The notes under the pieces were generated by a model. That model saw nothing but the letters and a program-made list of their open reading frames with translations, did not search any database and was not told the DNA's origin. The translations under genes and the position numbers were made by a program. From Anaerolineae bacterium (lineage in GTDB: Bacteria; Chloroflexota; Anaerolineae; JACIWP01): 10,502 bases of DNA. Shown piece after piece: positions 5,884-10,502 of this stretch (position 1 is its first letter; every line of letters starts with the position of its first letter). The stretch spans positions 1-10,502 of the forward strand of contig JAPWUQ010000091.1 in assembly GCA_028275445.1 (NCBI GenBank), in the 5' to 3' direction.

Positions 5884-7230
5884 TCAGGCCAGGAGGAGGT
5901 AGGGGCGCTCGATGAGCTGTTTGACGCGCTGGAGGAAGCGGGCCGCCGGCGCGCCGTCGTTGATGCGGTGATCGAAGGTCAGGCTGAGCACCATCATGGG
6001 GCGGATGACCACCTGGCCGTTGACGGCCGCCGGCTTTTCCACGATGCGGCCGACGCCCAGGATGGCGCATTCGGGCAGGTTGATGATGGGGGTGAAGCCG
6101 TCCACATCATACATCCCCAGGTTGGTGATGGTGAAGGTGCCGCCGCTGAGGTCGTCCGGCAGACTGCGGCCGGCGCGCGCCCGTTCTACCAGCTCGCGGA
6201 ACTCGCTCACGATGTCACCAAGCCGTTTGGAAGCCACATCGCGGATGACCGGCACCAGCAGGCCGCGCTCCGTGTCTACCGCGACCCCGATGTTGATGAC
6301 CCCCAGTTGTTCGATGCGGTTCTCCACCAACCTGGCGTTCATGTTGGGATGTTCCTGCAGTGCCCTGGCGACGATGAGCACCAGGATCTCATTGTATCCA
6401 GGCACCACGCCGCCGGGCAGGGGGGACTGCTTGAAGCTCTCGCGCAACTGCACCAGCGCGGTGGCGTCCACCTCGGTGAAGAGGGTCACTGCGGCGGTGG
6501 TGTGGGCGCTGGCGCTCATGCGTTCGGCGATGATGGCGCGCACGCCGGCCATCGGGATGGCCTGTACGGCCGGCGCGGGGGCCGGCGCCGCCGGCGTCAC
6601 CGGCATGGCGGCGCGTTCCACCGCCAATTTGGTGATGCGCTCCGGGCCGGCGGCCAGCGTCTCCAGGGGCACGCCCATTTCCTCAGCCAGTTTGCGGGCG
6701 GCCGGCGTCGCCTTCGGCAGGGAAGCGGCATAGGCCAGCACATCCCGCTCCACGATGCGGCCGCCTGGTCCGGTGCCGGTGATGCGCTCCAGGGGCACGC
6801 CCAACTGTCGGGCGGCCATGCGCGCCCTGGGAGAGGCAAACCGCCGGCCTTCCGGTGCAGGCGGTGCTTCCGGGGCGGATGGGGCGGCCGGCGCGGCAGG
6901 GGCGGCCGCCGGCGCGGGGGCCGATGGTGCGGTGGCCGGCGCGGCGGTTTCCGGCGCGGCCGCCGGCTTCAGGTAGCGGCTGATATCCTCGCCCGGCTCC
7001 CCGATAATTCCCACTACTTCCAGGATGGGGACCGTCTCGCCGGGATGGCGCAGGATTTTGAGCAGGGTGCCGCTGGCCGGCGCCTCCGCTTCCAGCGCCG
7101 CCTTGTCCGACTCGAACTTGAAGATGGGCTCGCCCTTTTTGACGGTGTCGCCTTCTTTGACGTACCACTCGATGATGGTGCCGGCCTCCATGGTCTGGCC
7201 CATCTTGGGCATAATCACTTCTTTCGCCAT
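5884..7230 (-). CDS. Dihydrolipoamide acyltransferase (E2) of a 2-oxoacid dehydrogenase complex: lipoyl domain, two peripheral-subunit-binding domains, catalytic domain
   Basis: The start 'MAKEVIMPKMGQTMEAG' has a GGAG RBS and lies 20 nt after the E1 stop. The lipoyl motif is 'FESDKAALE', with the lipoyl-Lys codon at 7102-7104. Ala/Pro linkers are present. PSBD-1 is 'SPRARMAARQLGVPLERITGTGPGGRIVERDV'. PSBD-2 is degenerate: 'TPAARKLAEEMGVPLETLAAGPERITKLAV'. The catalytic 'DHRxxDG' motif is 'TFDHRINDGAPAARF'. The track ORF (to 7518) over-extends into E1. Confidence 0.92.
   Translation of the reverse strand: MAKEVIMPKMGQTMEAGTIIEWYVKEGDTVKKGEPIFKFESDKAALEAEAPASGTLLKILRHPGETVPILEVVGIIGEPGEDISRYLKPAAAPETAAPATAPSAPAPAAAPAAPAAPSAPEAPPAPEGRRFASPRARMAARQLGVPLERITGTGPGGRIVERDVLAYAASLPKATPAARKLAEEMGVPLETLAAGPERITKLAVERAAMPVTPAAPAPAPAVQAIPMAGVRAIIAERMSASAHTTAAVTLFTEVDATALVQLRESFKQSPLPGGVVPGYNEILVLIVARALQEHPNMNARLVENRIEQLGVINIGVAVDTERGLLVPVIRDVASKRLGDIVSEFRELVERARAGRSLPDDLSGGTFTITNLGMYDVDGFTPIINLPECAILGVGRIVEKPAAVNGQVVIRPMMVLSLTFDHRINDGAPAARFLQRVKQLIERPYLLLA
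6850..6966 (-). repeat. Low-complexity GC-rich tract encoding the Ala/Pro-rich inter-domain linker of E2 (PAAAPETAAPATAPSAPAPAAAPAAPAAPSAPEAPPAPE)
   Basis: The DNA is runs of GCSGCCGGCGCG-type imperfect repeats, and the protein linker is typical of E2 lipoyl-arm hinges. Confidence 0.7.
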
Positions 7231-7250
7231 GGCGCTACTCCTATCCCTGA

Positions 7251-9323
7251 TTAATACACCAGTTGACGGACGGCGGCCTCGATGCGCTCGACGTTCGGGA
7301 TGGCCGCATCCTCCAGCGTCTCCGCCATGGGGACCGGCACATCCGCCGCCGCCACCCGCACCATCGGCGCATCCAGATAATCGAATGCCAGCTCGTTGAT
7401 GATGGTGAAGACCTCGCTGATGAAACTGCCGGTCTTGTAGGCCTCCGTGACCCCGACGACGCGCCCGGTCTTCTTGACCGATTCGATGATGGTGTCCACG
7501 TCGAGGGGCTTCAAGCACCGCAGGTCCACCACCTCGACATCAATGCCCTCTTTGGCAAGGTTCTCGGCGGCCTCCAGGGCGCGCAGGACCATGCGGGAGT
7601 AGGTGATGATGGTGACATCCTTGCCTGGGCGCTTGATGTCGGCGACGCCCAGGGGGATGGTGTATTCCTCTTCGGGCACCGGCCCTTTGGTGCCGTAGAG
7701 CATCTTGTGCTCGATGAACATGATGGGGTTATCGTTGCGGATGCACTCTTTGAGCAGGCCCTTGGCGTCGTACGGGGTGGCCGGCATGACCACATAGATG
7801 CCCGGGAAGTGGGTCCACAGCGCTTCCAGGCTCTGGGAGTGGTGCGCGGCGATGGAGCGGCCGGCGCCCCCTTCGGTGCGGATGACCATGGGCACCTTGG
7901 TCTTGCCGCCGAACATATAGCGGTTCTTGGCGCCCTGATTGGCGATCTGGTCCATGGCCAGCGGGGTGAAGTCCACGTACATGATCTCGGCGACCGGGCG
8001 CATGCCGGTCATGGCGGCGCCCACTGCCGCGCCGCCGATGGCGGCCTCGGAGATGGGCGTGTCAATGACCCGCTCCGGCCCAAATTCCTGGTACAGCCCG
8101 CGCGTGGCGCCATATGCCCCGCCGTACAGGCCGACATCCTCGCCCATGATGAAGACGTGGGGATCGCGCTTCATCTCCTCGCGGAAGGCCTCCACCAGCG
8201 CCTCCCAATAGTAAATCTGGCGCATGTTGGGGTCACTGCGCACCCGCTCCCGCAGTTCCCGCTCTTTGGCGATCTGGCTGGGCGTATAGATCGTCGGGAC
8301 GTAGACGTCGTCGTACAGCTCGGAGGGGTCGGGGAAGGGGGAGTTCAGGGCGAAATCAATGGAGATTTCGACGGCCTTCTCGCAGGCTTTGGCCAGCTCG
8401 TCCAGCTCCTGCTGGGTGACTAGGCCGGCCTCCAGCATGCGCCGCTCCAGGTTGGTGATGGGGTCGCGTTCCTTCCAGGCCTTCTCCTCCTCGCGGGTGC
8501 GGTACACGCGCGGGTCGGAGCGCGAATGCCCGTACCAGCGGTAGGTCTTGCATTCGATGAGGGACGGCCCTTCCCCGCGGCGGGCGCGCTCCACGGCGCG
8601 GGAGACGGCGTCGCGCACGGCCAGCACATCCATGCCGTCCACCACCTCGCCCGGGATGCAGTAGGCGCAGGCGCGATCGGCGATGTTCTTACAGCTCGAG
8701 GCCTTTTCAAAGGGCACGGACATGCCGTACAGGTTGTTCTCCACGATGTAGACGACGGGAAGCTTCCAGATGGCGGCCATGTTGAGCGATTCGTGGAAGT
8801 TGCCGGTGTTGGCCGCGCCGTCGCCGAAGAAGCAGAGCACCACGCGGTCCGATTTCTGGAGTTTCATGGAGAGGCCGGCGCCGGTGGCCACGGGGATGTT
8901 GCCGCCCACGATGCCGGTGGCGCCCAGGTTGCCGCGCTCCACGTCGGCGATGTGCATGGAGCCGCCGCGGCCGCGGCAGTAGCCGGTGGAGCGCCCGCAC
9001 AGCTCCGCCATCATTTTGTTCAGGTGCTCCTGCTTCTCCTCGGGGGTTTTGGCGAGCCGGTCGCCGCGGGCGTAGCAATGTCCGTGGCCGCGATGGGTGC
9101 TGGTGATGAGATCGTCATCGCGCAGGACGCTGATGGCGCCGACGGCGACGGCTTCCTGGCCGGCGTACAGGTGGGACGCGCCCTTGATGATGTTGCGGCC
9201 CAATAGGTCATAGACCGCTTCCTCAAAGTTGCGGATGATGCGCATCTGGCGCAGGTAATCCAGCAAATCCTCGCGGGTGATGCCCTGTGCCTGCATGATG
9301 GTCTTCAAGTCGGTGACGTTCAT
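7251..9323 (-). CDS. Fused E1 alpha-beta component of a 2-oxoacid (pyruvate/acetoin/branched-chain) dehydrogenase, TPP-dependent, 690 aa
   Basis: The N-terminal half is E1-alpha: 'YAGQEAVAVGA...HRGHGHCYARG', the TPP motif 'GDGAANTGNFHESLNMAAIWKLPVVYIVENN', and 'YRWYGHSRSDP'. The C-terminal half is E1-beta: 'GEDVGLYGGAYGATRGLYQEFGPERVIDTPISEAAIGGAAVGAAMTGMRPV' plus the C-terminal transketolase-like domain. The RBS GAGGAG is 5 nt upstream of the ATG at 9323. Confidence 0.9.
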   Translation of the reverse strand: MNVTDLKTIMQAQGITREDLLDYLRQMRIIRNFEEAVYDLLGRNIIKGASHLYAGQEAVAVGAISVLRDDDLITSTHRGHGHCYARGDRLAKTPEEKQEHLNKMMAELCGRSTGYCRGRGGSMHIADVERGNLGATGIVGGNIPVATGAGLSMKLQKSDRVVLCFFGDGAANTGNFHESLNMAAIWKLPVVYIVENNLYGMSVPFEKASSCKNIADRACAYCIPGEVVDGMDVLAVRDAVSRAVERARRGEGPSLIECKTYRWYGHSRSDPRVYRTREEEKAWKERDPITNLERRMLEAGLVTQQELDELAKACEKAVEISIDFALNSPFPDPSELYDDVYVPTIYTPSQIAKERELRERVRSDPNMRQIYYWEALVEAFREEMKRDPHVFIMGEDVGLYGGAYGATRGLYQEFGPERVIDTPISEAAIGGAAVGAAMTGMRPVAEIMYVDFTPLAMDQIANQGAKNRYMFGGKTKVPMVIRTEGGAGRSIAAHHSQSLEALWTHFPGIYVVMPATPYDAKGLLKECIRNDNPIMFIEHKMLYGTKGPVPEEEYTIPLGVADIKRPGKDVTIITYSRMVLRALEAAENLAKEGIDVEVVDLRCLKPLDVDTIIESVKKTGRVVGVTEAYKTGSFISEVFTIINELAFDYLDAPMVRVAAADVPVPMAETLEDAAIPNVERIEAAVRQLVY

Positions 9324-9341
9324 GTTCTCCTCTTACCCCTT

Positions 9342-10163
9342 TTATCGTTCTGGTCTGCGCAAGGGCAGTGTTGGGACGGGTGATGCGGCCGGCTCCTGGA
9401 GCGGGGCGACGCGCACATCCACGCCGGCGGCGCGGAGGCGCGCAATCACATCCGCCGGCGTCCGCTCATCGGTGATGATGCGGTCGAAGGCCTGGATGGG
9501 GGCTACAATGGCGTAGGAAGTGCGCCCGAACTTGGTGTGATCCACCAGCAGGATCTTCTGGCGGGCGATTTCCAGCATGGCCGCCTTGACCTCCGCCTCG
9601 TACAGGTTGCTGTTGGTGACGCCGGCCTCCAGGGAGATGGCCGGCGTGGCCAGGAAGGCCTTGTCGGCGGTGAAGCGGCGCAGGGCGGCCACCGCCAGCG
9701 GCCCGACGAAGGAAGCAGTCGGCTCCCATAGGGCGCCGCCGGTGTGGATGACGGTGATGTCCGGCGCTCCGATGAGGATGTTGACGACGTAGAGGGAGTT
9801 AGTGATGACGGTGAGATGGCGTTTGCCGATGAGCCGGCGGGCGAAATGGGCGATGGTGGTGCCGGCGTCCAGCACGATGGTGTCGCCGTCCTCCACCAGT
9901 TCCGCCGCCAGGCGGGCGATGGCCTCTTTCTCGGCCAGTTGGGTGCCTTCGCGGGCATAATAGGGCAGGTCGCCGGGGGGATATTTCAGCAGTACCGCGC
10001 CGCCGTGGGTGCGCCGCAGGACGCCGCGCTCCTCCAGCCGCGCCAGGTCCCGGCGGATGGTCATCTCCGAGACGCCAAGCTCCTCGCTCAATTCCGCCAC
10101 GGAGACGCTCTGCCGCTCGTTGATCAATTGGAGGATCCTGGTCTGGCGTTCTGCCGGCTGCAT
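9342..10163 (-). CDS. DeoR-family transcriptional regulator (N-terminal HTH + DeoR C-terminal sugar-phosphate-binding domain)
   Basis: The sequence is 'MQPAERQTRILQLINERQSVSVAELSEELGVSEMTIRRDLARLEERG' (DeoR HTH) followed by 'TIVLDAGTTIAH...LTVITNSL' of the DeoR C-domain. The start is the ATG at 10163, preceded by a GGGGTGGGG purine tract. The 23-aa extension in the track is discounted. The stop is 18 nt before the E1 start, so they are likely co-transcribed. Confidence 0.85.
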   Translation of the reverse strand: MQPAERQTRILQLINERQSVSVAELSEELGVSEMTIRRDLARLEERGVLRRTHGGAVLLKYPPGDLPYYAREGTQLAEKEAIARLAAELVEDGDTIVLDAGTTIAHFARRLIGKRHLTVITNSLYVVNILIGAPDITVIHTGGALWEPTASFVGPLAVAALRRFTADKAFLATPAISLEAGVTNSNLYEAEVKAAMLEIARQKILLVDHTKFGRTSYAIVAPIQAFDRIITDERTPADVIARLRAAGVDVRVAPLQEPAASPVPTLPLRRPER

Positions 10164-10191
10164 TCCCCACCCCTGCTGTTCATTCAAACAC

Positions 10192-10220
10192 ATTATATCA
10201 CACTTTCTTGCGCATTTCAA
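10192..10220 (-). promoter_or_regulatory. Near-consensus sigma70 promoter for the DeoR/E1/E2 operon: -35 TTGAAA, 17-nt spacer, extended -10 TGaTATAAT
   Basis: The minus-strand read is cTTGAAAtgcgcaagaaagtgTGaTATAATgtgtttgaatgaacagcaggggtgggga-ATG. The -10 is at 10192-10197 and the -35 at 10215-10220. It lies in a ~70-bp AT-rich island (about 35% GC against ~67% around it). The predicted TSS is ~20-25 nt before the ATG. Confidence 0.7.
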
Positions 10221-10301
10221 GATAGATAGCACAAGATATCCGACAGCAAAGGGCTGGGCGCCGCGGTGCTCCCGCGGCGGGTCAAGGAGGGGGAGGGAAC
10301 G

Positions 10302-10329
10302 AAAAAGGCCCGGGTTATGTCCCCAGGCC
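10302..10329 (-). terminator. Intrinsic terminator for the edge gene (stem GGCCUGGG/CCCGGGCC with one G-U wobble, loop GACAUAA, then UUUUU on the minus-strand RNA); the stem overlaps the stop codon
   Basis: Read directly: the plus strand is AAAAAGGCCCGGGttatgtCCCCAGGCCttt, and on the minus strand the stem is followed by a U5 run. Confidence 0.6.
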
Positions 10330-10502
10330 TTTCAGCAGGGCGCCGACGGCATAGGCGACGCCGGCGGCCAACCCGCCCACAATCAGCATCTCCAGCCCAC
10401 TGCGCAGGGGGTTCTGCCCGGTGACGTACACCTTGGCCGCGCCCAGGCCGAAGAGCGCCAGGGCCGAAAGGGCCAGGGAAACGGGGAAGGACAGGTGTGA
10501 AG
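10316..10502 (-). CDS. 3' part of a small Gly/Ala-rich membrane protein (possibly GlsB/YeaQ/YmgE 'transglycosylase-associated' family); 5' end beyond the window
   Basis: The minus-strand translation ends ...SLALSALALFGLGAAKVYVTGQNPLRSGLEMLIVGGLAAGVAYAVGALLKGLGT* with a TAA at 10316-10318. It has a hydrophobic GxxxG/AxxxG-rich TM-like sequence. The family call is by resemblance only. Confidence 0.4.

Noticed and set aside
7231-7518. 96-codon N-terminal extension of the E2 ORF overlapping the 3' end of E1
   Set aside because: The His/Arg/Gly-rich translation carries no motifs. The real start, MAKEVIMPK with a GGAG RBS, lies 20 nt after the E1 stop and begins the lipoyl domain.
10164-10232. Upstream ATG (MLSILKCARKCDIMCLNEQQGWG) for the DeoR gene
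   Set aside because: It would start inside or upstream of the predicted -10/TSS and adds a Cys-rich segment unrelated to DeoR HTH proteins. The ATG at 10163 is followed at once by the HTH.
1-10502. Looked for CRISPR arrays, tRNA/rRNA, IS/transposase or integrase signatures
   Set aside because: None was found. There are no regularly spaced direct repeats, no cloverleaf-compatible segments in the short intergenic regions, and no DDE/tyrosine-recombinase-like ORFs.

Overview
High-GC (~65-70%) bacterial chromosomal window with strong AGGAGG-type ribosome-binding sites. Two gene blocks are separated by a convergent terminator. PLUS strand (1-5828) is a tightly packed, probably operonic oxidative-stress/iron cluster. 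It starts with two paralogous ferritin-like diiron four-helix-bundle genes; the first is cut by the window start. Then come rubrerythrin, a 54-aa rubredoxin that the ORF track missed because it is under 60 aa, and an FAD/NAD(P)H rubredoxin reductase. The key part follows: a 314-aa tandem double ferritin-like (rubrerythrin-like, no rubredoxin domain) protein ending in a Pro/Ala linker plus 'GFTVGSLLGKPQK', which looks like an encapsulin cargo-loading peptide. 33 nt downstream is a 257-aa Family-1 (HK97-fold, Linocin_M18-type) encapsulin shell protein. A CorA Mg/Co transporter follows after a strong hairpin. MINUS strand (5884-10163) holds a DeoR-family regulator, a fused E1 alpha-beta 2-oxoacid dehydrogenase (690 aa) and an E2 lipoyl acyltransferase with a duplicated E3-binding domain. 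It is driven from a near-consensus sigma70 extended -10 promoter in a small AT-rich island. A partial small membrane-protein gene with its own terminator sits at the right edge. The encapsulin nanocompartment, with its unusual tandem-diiron cargo embedded in an Rbr/Rd/NROR cassette, is the most interesting system here. No CRISPR, tRNA/rRNA or mobile elements were seen. The large antisense ORFs are GC-skew shadow ORFs.
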